A stretch of DNA of 64,000 nucleotides from Acutalibacteraceae bacterium (GTDB lineage: Bacteria; Bacillota; Clostridia; Oscillospirales; Acutalibacteraceae). Shown piece by piece: positions 26,753-36,427 of the stretch (positions are counted from its first letter, which is position 1; every line of letters begins with the position of its first letter). The DNA is taken from NCBI GenBank assembly GCA_045639185.1, contig JAZUCO010000115.1, positions 17,573 to 81,572 of the forward strand. The letters are read 5' to 3'. The notes under the pieces were generated by a model. It was given only the letters and a program-made list of their open reading frames with translations, made no database searches and was not told the DNA's origin. A program made the position numbers and the translations under genes.

Positions 26753-27418
26753 TTAATCCAGTCTCCAATCAACGAGATCATCTGCAAGAAATTCATTAGT
26801 TTTTGAGAATGGTCTGCTGCCGAAAAATCCGTTATATGCTGAGAGAGGGCTCGGATGTGCCGCTTCAAGAATAAAGTGATTTGGATTTGTAATAAGTTTT
26901 TTCTTATCTCTTGCAAATCTGCCCCAAAGTATAAACACAATTGGTTTTTCTCTCTTGTTGAGCAGTTCAATTATTCTGTCGGTAAAAATCTCCCAACCGA
27001 GACCACGATGACTTGCAGCTTCTCCGCCACGGACAGTTAATACCGTATTGAGAAGAAGAACTCCGTTTTCTGCCCATTTTGTAAGATCACCGCTAAGGGG
27101 AACAGGAAAACCAAGATCGTCGTGATATTCCTTAAAAATATTCACGAGTGACGGGGGAGGCTGAATACCGTTTTTTACAGAAAATGATAAGCCATGTGCC
27201 TGACCCGGACCGTGATAAGGATCCTGACCGAGTATAACAGCCTTAACAGAATCATAATCAGTTATTTTTAATGCATTGAAAATATCATACATATCAGGAT
27301 ATACATCGTAAGCAGGATTTTTATATTCTTTTGCAAGAAAGCTTCTTATTTTGAGATAATATTCTTTTTCAAATTCACCATTCAGAATATCATCCCAATT
27401 GTTATTAAAGCTTACCAT
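26753..27418 (-). CDS. ung: Uracil-DNA glycosylase
   Basis: [18 protein letters not shown] and HPSPLSA motifs of family 1 UDG. Confidence 0.93.
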   Translation of the reverse strand: MVSFNNNWDDILNGEFEKEYYLKIRSFLAKEYKNPAYDVYPDMYDIFNALKITDYDSVKAVILGQDPYHGPGQAHGLSFSVKNGIQPPPSLVNIFKEYHDDLGFPVPLSGDLTKWAENGVLLLNTVLTVRGGEAASHRGLGWEIFTDRIIELLNKREKPIVFILWGRFARDKKKLITNPNHFILEAAHPSPLSAYNGFFGSRPFSKTNEFLADDLVDWRLD

Positions 27419-27439
27419 TTGTATAACCTTCTTTCATAA

Positions 27440-28297
27440 TCAGAATTCGACAACGGTAATTTCAGGACAGTTAAAAAGTCTGGGGATGTTGTTGTATCCG
27501 TCAAAGCCAGAGCTGATAATAAGTTTTATATTGCCGATGTCATATTCGCCTTTGTCATACTGAGGAAAAATGCCTTGTTCGGGAGCTATAATACCACCGA
27601 TTATAGGAAATCTCCATAATCCGCCGTGTGTATGTCCGCTCAGTACATAATCAATATCCCAAAGTGAAGCATCATCGTAAATAAAACTGTCAGGTCTGTG
27701 ACAAAGAAGGACCGTTGTTTTATCTGTCGATGTAAAATCAACAAGGAATTTGTATGTAGAGTCATTCTGCCACTCTTCATCAGGTACATATTGCTGATTG
27801 AATGCATAATCAAACATTCCGCCGAGACGGATTGGACAGCCGTTTATTTCAATATCAACATATTCCTCTTCGAGAATCGTACAACCCGTATTTTCAATGA
27901 GAGGAGAAACATTATCACCGTACGCATTTATGTAATTAAGGTCGTGATTACCGTATGAAAAATAGGTTGGTGCAATTTCCTTAAGTTTTGTGAGAAGTGT
28001 TATAAAATCAGAAATTTCTTCATCTGTCGCTTCGTCATTAATGAAATCTCCGCCAAGGCAGATTAAATCAGGATTCTGTTCTACGATTTTATCGAGTAAT
28101 TCGGAATTATCTTCACCAAAACTTCTGCTATGTAGGTCTGATATAAAGACGATTCTGCATAAACCTGAGTTGTCTGTTGCGTAATTATATTTTTTTACGA
28201 CAATATGATTTTCAGAAATCAAGACAGACAGCAATATAAAAACAATTGCTGTCGTCAAGGATAATGTGATTTTTAATTTTTTGTTTTTTGCAGACAT
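27440..28297 (-). CDS. Membrane-anchored calcineurin-like metallophosphoesterase
   Basis: N-terminal TM, then the DLH...GDF...GNHD...GHTHGG motif series. ATG 28297 leaves a 4-nt gap to the upstream stop. Confidence 0.8.
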   Translation of the reverse strand: MSAKNKKLKITLSLTTAIVFILLSVLISENHIVVKKYNYATDNSGLCRIVFISDLHSRSFGEDNSELLDKIVEQNPDLICLGGDFINDEATDEEISDFITLLTKLKEIAPTYFSYGNHDLNYINAYGDNVSPLIENTGCTILEEEYVDIEINGCPIRLGGMFDYAFNQQYVPDEEWQNDSTYKFLVDFTSTDKTTVLLCHRPDSFIYDDASLWDIDYVLSGHTHGGLWRFPIIGGIIAPEQGIFPQYDKGEYDIGNIKLIISSGFDGYNNIPRLFNCPEITVVEF

Positions 28298-28301
28298 CTG
28301 A

Positions 28302-29039
28302 TTATTCAGCGAGATTGTTATCAATCATATATCTCTCAACCTGAACACGGTCTTTGGGAGTGTCAACAGAAAGAGATTTGCAATGCGCATTGATATAATA
28401 ACATTCCTTGCGGTTTTCGATGAATCTGAAAGAGTCGTTTTCTTCGATTTTTTCAATAGGTCCGCGAGGAGTATTGTGATAATATTCGAGAGCTTCAGGT
28501 GTGAATGCACCGACGCCTACAAATTTCTGGTAAGTGTAATTCATTTCGCCCTTGGGGAAGGGAATGGGTGAACGAGAAATAAAGAGGCAGATGCCATCTT
28601 TATTTGTGACAATTTTAAGATTTGTAGGATCAACAACTTCAACAGGATTTGAGAAGTCTGTCATAAGATTGGAAACATAGAAACCGTCTTCAGGAATAGA
28701 TTCGGGAATACATTTTACGATGTCTTCAGCCTTTACAAGAGGTTCATCACCGTTGATCATAACATAAAGGTCAGCAGGCACCTTTTTGTACACTTCATAA
28801 AGACGTTCTGTTGCAGTTTCGCAATCGCTTGATGTCATAATTACTTTTGCACCGAAGCCTTCTGCAACTTCCTTGATTTCATTGCTGTCAGTTGCGACAT
28901 ATACTTCATCAAAGCATTCAACATCTTTTGAATGCTTCCACACCCAGTATACCATAGGCTTACCGCATATAAGCGCCAAAGGCTTGTTGTTAAAACGTGT
29001 TGATTCACTTCTTGCAGGTATCATACCGATAATTTTCAT
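28302..29039 (-). CDS. kdsB: KdsB-like CMP-sugar synthetase (3-deoxy-manno-octulosonate cytidylyltransferase family)
   Basis: MIPARSESTRFNNKPLALICGKPMV...VATD...TERLYEV...INGDEP parallels E. coli KdsB IPARYASTRLPGKPL..INGKPMI...VATD...TERLAEV...VQGDEP (recalled sequence). Confidence 0.65.
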   Translation of the reverse strand: MKIIGMIPARSESTRFNNKPLALICGKPMVYWVWKHSKDVECFDEVYVATDSNEIKEVAEGFGAKVIMTSSDCETATERLYEVYKKVPADLYVMINGDEPLVKAEDIVKCIPESIPEDGFYVSNLMTDFSNPVEVVDPTNLKIVTNKDGICLFISRSPIPFPKGEMNYTYQKFVGVGAFTPEALEYYHNTPRGPIEKIEENDSFRFIENRKECYYINAHCKSLSVDTPKDRVQVERYMIDNNLAE

Positions 29040-30589
29040 GTTTCAGAACCTCTCTTAATTCGTAATATTTTAAGTATTTTTAAAATAGGTTTATTAATTA
29101 ATTCTTTTTCATAACTGTTGAATATAATAAAATAATTCAATATTCCGTAAACAGTTGTAAAAATAATTATGCCTGTAAATAAAATAAATAGATTGTTGAA
29201 ATCAATATATTGTGAACAGATTGATGTTATAACTGATAATAAAACAGGTACAACAAAAATGGGCAACATATTTATCCAGAATCGACCGACATCAAGTTGC
29301 ATTTTTGTTTTATAGAAGATGTTCATTATCAGTCCTTGTCCCAACAACAGCGCTGCACCTGTTACCAATGCTGCACCGATAATTCCCATTGAATTCAATA
29401 ATAACCAGGTACCGACAATATTTATCAATGCAATAAACAAGTATAATAAGGAACGGAATCTGTGCATATTCTTTGCAACAGTAATACTAAGAAATACACT
29501 CTGAATCAAAGGAACTATATTTGGCACCATCATTAGCAGTGCAACATAATATGCATCTTCATAACCTTCACCTGCATAAAATGTAAGAAATGGCTTACCG
29601 AATGAAATAAATCCGGAAATCAACAGCATAATTATATAACATTGTAATCTGCCGATTTTTATTGCAATATCAGATAATTCTTTATCTGAAGCATTACTGA
29701 ATACCATCTTGTTGATTTTAGGACCAAGAAGACTCGAAACACCTGTTGTGATGCTTATAATAATATTATTGAATGTTGCTCCGATGTTATATACAGCAAC
29801 TCCTGCTGTTGCAAGTGACGGTATTGCACCGATAAGTACTGTATCTGTTGCATTATAAAGTTGTGTAACAATATTTGCAACAAATATCCAGAATGAAAAT
29901 TTTAATATTTCCTTTAGAATACCTGTCGGCATATTTTTAAATATGGGCTTGATATTCATTGATTTTCTTACATAGAAAACATAAGAAATGTTAATTGCAA
30001 GACTCATTATCATACTTGATGAAACAAGTCCGATTGATGCATATCCGAGATATAACATCAACAGATTGACTAACGGAGTAGCGCAAGTTGTTAAGATATT
30101 GGTTATCTGGATAAAAATGAATTTTTCATGTGAATTAACAACAGAAATAAACGGAGATATGACAAATGAAACTGCCATATTTATTACCATCATAAAAACA
30201 AGAATTTTCATTCTTGATATTTCTTCTGATGATAATGAATTTCCGTAGAAAAATCCGAGACAAAGAGTAAGTATTGTACCGACAATCAATGATGCGATAC
30301 CAATTACAGAGAAGATAACAGAAAAAAGACCGAATATTTTCTGTTCAGCTTCTTTTCCTTCTTCAGTTCGGCTTTTGATAAGATATCTGGTCATTGCAGA
30401 ACCGATACCTAATGACATCAATGAAACATAACTTGTGACACTTGATGCTAATTTATAAAGCCCGTATTCATCCTGACCGAGCAACTCCAGCATAATCGGA
30501 GTGTAAAAAATCGGAATAAGATTGCCGACAATCAGGTTTATGTAGTTTAGAATAATACCGATTTTGAGTTGGTCTTTGATTTTTCTCAT
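29036..30589 (-). CDS. wzx: Wzx-type polysaccharide flippase (MOP superfamily)
   Basis: 517 aa with about 14 predicted TM helices, located inside the EPS operon. Confidence 0.75.
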   Translation of the reverse strand: MRKIKDQLKIGIILNYINLIVGNLIPIFYTPIMLELLGQDEYGLYKLASSVTSYVSLMSLGIGSAMTRYLIKSRTEEGKEAEQKIFGLFSVIFSVIGIASLIVGTILTLCLGFFYGNSLSSEEISRMKILVFMMVINMAVSFVISPFISVVNSHEKFIFIQITNILTTCATPLVNLLMLYLGYASIGLVSSSMIMSLAINISYVFYVRKSMNIKPIFKNMPTGILKEILKFSFWIFVANIVTQLYNATDTVLIGAIPSLATAGVAVYNIGATFNNIIISITTGVSSLLGPKINKMVFSNASDKELSDIAIKIGRLQCYIIMLLISGFISFGKPFLTFYAGEGYEDAYYVALLMMVPNIVPLIQSVFLSITVAKNMHRFRSLLYLFIALINIVGTWLLLNSMGIIGAALVTGAALLLGQGLIMNIFYKTKMQLDVGRFWINMLPIFVVPVLLSVITSICSQYIDFNNLFILFTGIIIFTTVYGILNYFIIFNSYEKELINKPILKILKILRIKRGSET

Positions 30590-30597
30590 AGCTATCC

Positions 30598-31386
30598 TTA
30601 AAATAACGTATCAAAATCTACTCTCGGGAAAACTTCAAGTTTTCCTCCGCGAGTTGCATTAAAAACTTTTATATTGCGTGCATCGCAATGTTTTTTCATT
30701 GCAACGTAAGTTAATGTGCTTTTTTCTGTGTTAGGAATGTATAGGTTATCTTTATCTGTATTGTATTTATCAGAAAAGTAATCTTTTACAGTGTTATCAA
30801 CCACAATTTCACCTTTACTGTTAATGCTTGTCTGAAAATGATGATCAACACCAATGAAATATATCTCTGAAAAGCCCATATAAGCAGCAATCTGTGCTGC
30901 TGTATACATAACGGTTGATGAGTTGTAAATAACTTCAGAAATATCATCAGAAAAAAGATATTCTTCAGGATTTTCACTTATTTGATTTTTGATGTTAAAA
31001 TAAACTGCATCATTTATTGCAATATCAAAATACCATTTATGTTGAATTGGAATAAATTTGTTGGGAAGCTCAATATTGTTGATAATATCGCGACAACCTG
31101 CGAGCATTTTTTCATCCTGAGATATATAAAATGTAGGTCTCCACGGTGTATCGTCAAAAATATTATATACTCTGTTGAATCCGAATGTGATATCACCGTT
31201 ATTATGCAATTTTGTGAGATCATCAGCTTTTAGACTGGGACCATTACCTACAAAAAAACAACGTTTTTTATTGTGAATATCATTAAATTTCTTTATATCT
31301 TTTGAATATGTTGTTAACTGATAATTCTTGAGAAGATAATTTTTTGTTCTAGCTTCAATAGATTTTAATATTCTCAACTTTACCAT
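30598..31386 (-). CDS. DUF115 / MptE-like (Maf-type) protein, putative nonulosonate/octulosonate transferase
   Basis: CFFVGNGPSL near residue 45 and YFIGVDHHF...NATRGG later match my recollection of the PF01973 pattern. Confidence 0.55.
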   Translation of the reverse strand: MVKLRILKSIEARTKNYLLKNYQLTTYSKDIKKFNDIHNKKRCFFVGNGPSLKADDLTKLHNNGDITFGFNRVYNIFDDTPWRPTFYISQDEKMLAGCRDIINNIELPNKFIPIQHKWYFDIAINDAVYFNIKNQISENPEEYLFSDDISEVIYNSSTVMYTAAQIAAYMGFSEIYFIGVDHHFQTSINSKGEIVVDNTVKDYFSDKYNTDKDNLYIPNTEKSTLTYVAMKKHCDARNIKVFNATRGGKLEVFPRVDFDTLF

Positions 31387-31407
31387 CCTTGCTTTAATAT
31401 ATGTTTG

Positions 31408-32568
31408 TTATATTTTATATATCAGCTTCATTATGTTTTTAGGTGAATAACGTGAAACAGTTTCATATGCATTAGCGATTATTGATTCTTTTTCAGGATA
31501 TTCAATCATTTTCTTTACACTTGATATCAAACTATCAGGATCTGGTTCTGCAAGTATGCAATTTTTTTCATTCACAGCAAACTCTTCAGTGCCAATTGAA
31601 CGTGTTATTATGCAAGGTGTTCCGATAGCCATAGATTCCAATACAACAAGTCCTTGTGATTCAACATATGATGTGTGAACAAGAAAATCTGCTTTTTTCA
31701 TATAGACATATGGATTTGGCTGATTGCCATGTAATGTTACATAATCAGACAGATTCAAATCTTTGATGAGATTGATTAATAGCTCCATTTTTTCGCCGTC
31801 GCCCACAAAGTGCCACTTGAAATCAGTATATCCGCTGTCAACAAGGTTTTTAGCTGCATAAACTGCATTTTCCATATGTTTTTCGGGTGCTAGTCTTCCG
31901 ACAGTTACAATATTTGTTTTATCACTTTGGAAGTTGAGATTGTCGATAGTCATTGATTTTTCCTGAACTTTATCTATGTCTACCATATTTTGAATAACAT
32001 CGAATTTATCAGCTAATTCCGGAAATTTTTCCGAAAGCATAATTTTGCAACCTTCGGAAACACTGATCATTTTGTCTAGATTTTTAATGTCTGTTACAAA
32101 ATCAACAGTCTCATTTGCTGTAAGGTTGTATTCACCATGGTGCCACCAGCCGATTGATTTCTCGCAATTTACAGCAAAAGCTGCAATATTCATACATATA
32201 CCGGGTCGAAAGCCGATAGCTATGTCATAATGCTTATTATTTGTAAAGATTTTTTTTGCTAATCTGATATTATTTATGCCATATAATTTAGTTATTAAGA
32301 AGATGATACGTAAAATGAAAGATTTCCAATCCTTAGATTTAATACATTTTAAGAGCGAGTCTTTTACACTGCCATAAGTATTGTGCAAATCTATCAATTT
32401 TATGTTTACATCTTCAGGAATTTCACTAAGGTAATCACCATATTCCTCGAGTAAGAGTAAATCCACATTGTAGTTGGTGTAATCAAAATTCTTTAAGATA
32501 TCAACTAAAGATCTTTCAACACCGCCACAGTTCAAATGGCCATTTATAAACAATACATTTTTTTTCAT
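31408..32568 (-). CDS. Family 4 (GT-B) glycosyltransferase
   Basis: NGHLNCGGVERSL N-terminus and C-terminal HTSYVESQGLVVLESMAIGTPCI (EX7E region). Confidence 0.8.
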   Translation of the reverse strand: MKKNVLFINGHLNCGGVERSLVDILKNFDYTNYNVDLLLLEEYGDYLSEIPEDVNIKLIDLHNTYGSVKDSLLKCIKSKDWKSFILRIIFLITKLYGINNIRLAKKIFTNNKHYDIAIGFRPGICMNIAAFAVNCEKSIGWWHHGEYNLTANETVDFVTDIKNLDKMISVSEGCKIMLSEKFPELADKFDVIQNMVDIDKVQEKSMTIDNLNFQSDKTNIVTVGRLAPEKHMENAVYAAKNLVDSGYTDFKWHFVGDGEKMELLINLIKDLNLSDYVTLHGNQPNPYVYMKKADFLVHTSYVESQGLVVLESMAIGTPCIITRSIGTEEFAVNEKNCILAEPDPDSLISSVKKMIEYPEKESIIANAYETVSRYSPKNIMKLIYKI

Positions 32569-32572
32569 AGAT

Positions 32573-33622
32573 TTATTTTCTTTCATAGTATCGTAGTATA
32601 AAATTAATTCCTATTTTGTATTTGTAACAATAAGTTAAGATTTTTTGTTTTTTAGAAATTGTTAATGCAGATATTTTGATTTCATTAAACATTGATGAAA
32701 GCTCATTTGTATTTAATATTTTATATATAATTTTTTTCTTTACTTTTCGAGAAACTGATTTTGTTTGCAATATATCTCCGACTGAATTATACAAGAAAAA
32801 GAGCAAAAGTCTGTTTATCTGATCGCTTAAATCAAATTCTTTAAAATCAGTAAAATAATTTTTAATTTTGTTATGCAACATTAAATAATTATCCCATTTT
32901 TTTGGATTAAATGTGTGCGTTGCAGATGAATCATTTGCAACATAATGATAAAAACATTTATCTTTCAGATAATAGAATGATTTAGCTTTTGAAATAACCT
33001 GCGCACCAAAAAACAAGTCTTCAGAATACTTAACACCATCAGGATATTTGCATATTAACTGATCATTTTTCTTTATACACTCAGATTTTATCATTAAAAG
33101 CCAATTTGAAATTGCTGGTGGATATTCACAATCAGGTGTAATAAGAAGGTTTGGATAATATTTATTTTTCAAATCCTCATAATCATAATAACCTGATCTT
33201 ATGTTATGGGAATATTTCTCCTGATGACTACCAAATTCTTTTAAGCAATCACACATAACAATGTCTACGGAATGTTTAATGGAAATACTTATCATGGTTG
33301 AATACATATCATTATCTATGTAATCATCACTGTCTACAAATGTTATATAATCTCCTGTACAATGAAACAAACCGTCATTACGTGCTGCGGATACGCCGGC
33401 ATTCTTTTTGTGAATAACAATAAATCTTGAATCTGATTTTGCGTAAGAATCACATATGGCAGGACTGTTATCTGCTGAACCGTCATCTATAAGTATTATC
33501 TCAAGATTAGAATATGTTTGTGACTTTATTGAATCTAGGCATCTTACCAAATATTTTTCAGAATTATACACAGGAACAATAACACTTATTTTTTTTTGTT
33601 CATAATGATTCATATTTCTCAT
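32573..33622 (-). CDS. Family 2 glycosyltransferase
   Basis: ISVIVPVYNSEKYL...IDDGSADNS...VDSDDY. Confidence 0.85.
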   Translation of the reverse strand: MRNMNHYEQKKISVIVPVYNSEKYLVRCLDSIKSQTYSNLEIILIDDGSADNSPAICDSYAKSDSRFIVIHKKNAGVSAARNDGLFHCTGDYITFVDSDDYIDNDMYSTMISISIKHSVDIVMCDCLKEFGSHQEKYSHNIRSGYYDYEDLKNKYYPNLLITPDCEYPPAISNWLLMIKSECIKKNDQLICKYPDGVKYSEDLFFGAQVISKAKSFYYLKDKCFYHYVANDSSATHTFNPKKWDNYLMLHNKIKNYFTDFKEFDLSDQINRLLLFFLYNSVGDILQTKSVSRKVKKKIIYKILNTNELSSMFNEIKISALTISKKQKILTYCYKYKIGINFILRYYERK

Positions 33623-33624
33623 TC

Positions 33625-34827
33625 CTAATTATCTATAATATTGTAGAGCTTATCAATTTCCGATTTATTTGAGTAATCACTTTTTGCAGCATTTTCTGCA
33701 ATTTTTCTTATTAGTTCAGGATTGTTGATAATTTCAACAATTTTTTCTGCACATTTTTGATTATCAAGAGGAACAATAATCCCATCATAACCATCTTTTA
33801 ATTGGCTTTTTGCTGTAGGGTAGTCTGTTATAATTACAGGTTTGCCTAAACACTGGGCCTCCTGGACAGTTATTGCTTTGCCCTCATATCGGGAAGGTTG
33901 AATGTATATATCACAATTTTTGATATATGGGTACGGATTATCTTTTTTGCCAAGAATTATAACATTGTTTTCAACATTAAATTCTTGGATTTTGTCATTT
34001 ATAAGTTGTTCATCATTGCCGAATCCGATTATATACCATTTAATTTTAACGCCTTTATCTAAAATTGCTTTGCAAATGCTGGGTATGTTATCAAAATTTT
34101 TAGCTGAACAAAATCTGCCAACAGAAAGTAGATTTAATTCTTCATCAGATGGATTGAATAAATCAAAATCTTTTGATTCTGCTTGTTCTTTAATAAAATT
34201 TGGTGCAAGTAAATTTTCTATATGAACCAGTTTGTTTTCTAATGAAGGATATTTCTTTAAGAAACCTTTTGTGCAATCATTAGAAAGTGATGCTATGTAA
34301 TCAAACTGAGACCACATTTTTTCTTCAGATTTCACATCAGTCATTACATATGAATAATCTGTGTGTATCCAAGCTAATTTTTTATTAGCTTGAACTTTTT
34401 CTGCAACAAAGTAGTGTGGTGTAAGATAACTTATTGCAAAATCATAGTGCTTATCTGAAATATTCGGCATATATTTATTTGTGTATTTGTGGCTGTATTC
34501 AAGTTCAATACAATTATCTGATGTAATATTATTGCGTTTCCTGTAAATAAGTGCTTTTATTTTTGCAAGAAGTCTTCCGAATGCAATTTTGAATTGTTTC
34601 TTTTTTAATACCGTTATAAAAGGTATTGCTAATGACGCATACTCAGGTATTTCACGCAACAAGTTAACTTTATCGGGGATAAATTTCAACAAAGGACCTG
34701 AGTGACGCATAAGAAATAAATCTACATCATATTGATCATAATCAAAGGTGCTTAAAAGAGAAAGAAGAGCTCTTTCTGCACCACCGATTTCCATTGCATG
34801 CATTGCAATAAATATCTTTTTCTTCAT
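33625..34827 (-). CDS. Family 4 (GT-B) glycosyltransferase
   Basis: MEIGGAERALLSL N-terminus and QPSRYEGKAITVQEAQCLGKPVI C-terminal motif. Confidence 0.8.
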   Translation of the reverse strand: MKKKIFIAMHAMEIGGAERALLSLLSTFDYDQYDVDLFLMRHSGPLLKFIPDKVNLLREIPEYASLAIPFITVLKKKQFKIAFGRLLAKIKALIYRKRNNITSDNCIELEYSHKYTNKYMPNISDKHYDFAISYLTPHYFVAEKVQANKKLAWIHTDYSYVMTDVKSEEKMWSQFDYIASLSNDCTKGFLKKYPSLENKLVHIENLLAPNFIKEQAESKDFDLFNPSDEELNLLSVGRFCSAKNFDNIPSICKAILDKGVKIKWYIIGFGNDEQLINDKIQEFNVENNVIILGKKDNPYPYIKNCDIYIQPSRYEGKAITVQEAQCLGKPVIITDYPTAKSQLKDGYDGIIVPLDNQKCAEKIVEIINNPELIRKIAENAAKSDYSNKSEIDKLYNIIDN

Positions 34828-35531
34828 TTCTTTAACCACCTGAAACAATCGACGCCGAATATTCTATGTATTGGTTTTGTCAATGTGCTGCGAATAATAG
34901 CTTTTTTTGATAACCAAGATTTTGAATACCAATGTATACTGATTGTGTTATCTGTAATATTTAATTTGCCTGTTGGGTCATCATATGGATTCATATAATC
35001 TACAGGCAAGACGACGAGATTATCAATAATCTGCTTTTCACCTGTCATTTTGAAGCCATATTCAACAAGAGCGGAAGTATTTAATTTTGGACAACCAATA
35101 AGGGGATAATCATTATTGTCGTCTTTTGGCAGTTTTTCATAACTATTTATTAAGAATTTTAATGATTCATTTTTTGCTTCAGAACCAAAACCTAAACCCG
35201 AAGCAATATATTCATTTGTTTCAAAAGCATAAAAAGCATTAAAATTAAGAAATTCATCAGGCTTTTTAATTAATTCAACATCCGTATCAAAATATATACC
35301 ACCATGCTCGTAAACGATAAGAAGTCTTGCAAAATCACTTAAAAAAGCATATTTTTTATTTTCATAACAATATTTTAAGTATGGATGTTGGTTTATGTCA
35401 AAGTTGCTTTCATTCCATTCAATTATTTCATAGTCAGGACAGAGTTTTTTCCAACTGTTTATACATTTTTGAATTTTTTTGCTTTTTTCATTTGCTCCAA
35501 ACCAGCAGTAATGTATTTTTTTAGGAATCAT
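34824..35531 (-). CDS. Family 32 glycosyltransferase (OCH1/capsule-type, DXD)
   Basis: IPKKIHYCWFG...FLSDFARLLIVYEHGGIYFDTDVE, the classic GT32 signature. Confidence 0.8.
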   Translation of the reverse strand: MIPKKIHYCWFGANEKSKKIQKCINSWKKLCPDYEIIEWNESNFDINQHPYLKYCYENKKYAFLSDFARLLIVYEHGGIYFDTDVELIKKPDEFLNFNAFYAFETNEYIASGLGFGSEAKNESLKFLINSYEKLPKDDNNDYPLIGCPKLNTSALVEYGFKMTGEKQIIDNLVVLPVDYMNPYDDPTGKLNITDNTISIHWYSKSWLSKKAIIRSTLTKPIHRIFGVDCFRWLKK

Positions 35532-36427
35532 CTAATTTTCCTTGCTTTCTTTATTGTGATCTTTGAAAGTATTATTCCAGGAATAATACATATGAGTGTC
35601 ATCAGTTTTTTTGGTGATTCTTTTATCATATTTTTGTTGTTTGCGATTATACAACTTGATACATAATGGATGCAATCAATAATTAATCTTTTTTTTGATG
35701 TTGGATACTGCATACATATTTTTCGCCAAAAAGCAAATCCTTTTGGGTTTTTATAGTATTGTTTCCACATTGTCGCACTTGAGCCATCCTGTTGATATTC
35801 AACGTTACATAGTACTTCATTCAATGTTGCGAGTTTGTAATCCTGGTCTATCAATTTGTATTTATAGGCTAATGCAACATATTTTTCATTATCAAATACC
35901 GGATACTTAGGATATTTGTTTATTATTTCAGTCTTATAAACAAGTTTTTTATCACCTGCACCACCATTAGCATAATATTCGCTAAGTGTTGTGAATTTAT
36001 TTATTTTTGAAAAATCGGTGCCTATAAGATTGTTATTAAAATCTGCATCCAAACCGATTATTCCAGCACATAAAGGGTTGTCTTTTACAGTAATCCATTT
36101 GTCATATATTTGCTGTATTGCATTTTTCGCCAGCATATCATCTGAATCTATGCAAATATTAAGCTCTGTAGCAATATTTTTGTATGCTTCGTTATGAGCC
36201 GTATGCATACCACCATTGTTTTTGTAAATATATTTAATCGTAAATTCTTTTTGTTCTAAAATCCAATTTTCAACTAAAGCTTTTGTGTTATCTGTTGAGC
36301 CATCATCAATAATGAGCCATATGAAATTTTTGTTATCTTGTGAGCATAATGATTTGTATGTTCGTGACAACGTATGTGCTCTGTTATAAGCAGGAGTAAA
36401 AATTGTTATAAAAGGTGCTTCATTCAT
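35528..36427 (-). CDS. Family 2 glycosyltransferase
   Basis: ITIFTPAYNRAHTL...IDDGSTDNT...IDSDDM. Confidence 0.8.
   Translation of the reverse strand: MNEAPFITIFTPAYNRAHTLSRTYKSLCSQDNKNFIWLIIDDGSTDNTKALVENWILEQKEFTIKYIYKNNGGMHTAHNEAYKNIATELNICIDSDDMLAKNAIQQIYDKWITVKDNPLCAGIIGLDADFNNNLIGTDFSKINKFTTLSEYYANGGAGDKKLVYKTEIINKYPKYPVFDNEKYVALAYKYKLIDQDYKLATLNEVLCNVEYQQDGSSATMWKQYYKNPKGFAFWRKICMQYPTSKKRLIIDCIHYVSSCIIANNKNMIKESPKKLMTLICIIPGIILSKITIKKARKIR

Noticed and set aside
26731-26970. N-terminal 80-aa extension of the lipoprotein ORF (ORF track 25906-26970)
   Set aside because: The extension overlaps the 3' end of ung by more than 200 nt. An internal ATG at 26730 has a GGAGG RBS and starts a canonical lipoprotein signal peptide.
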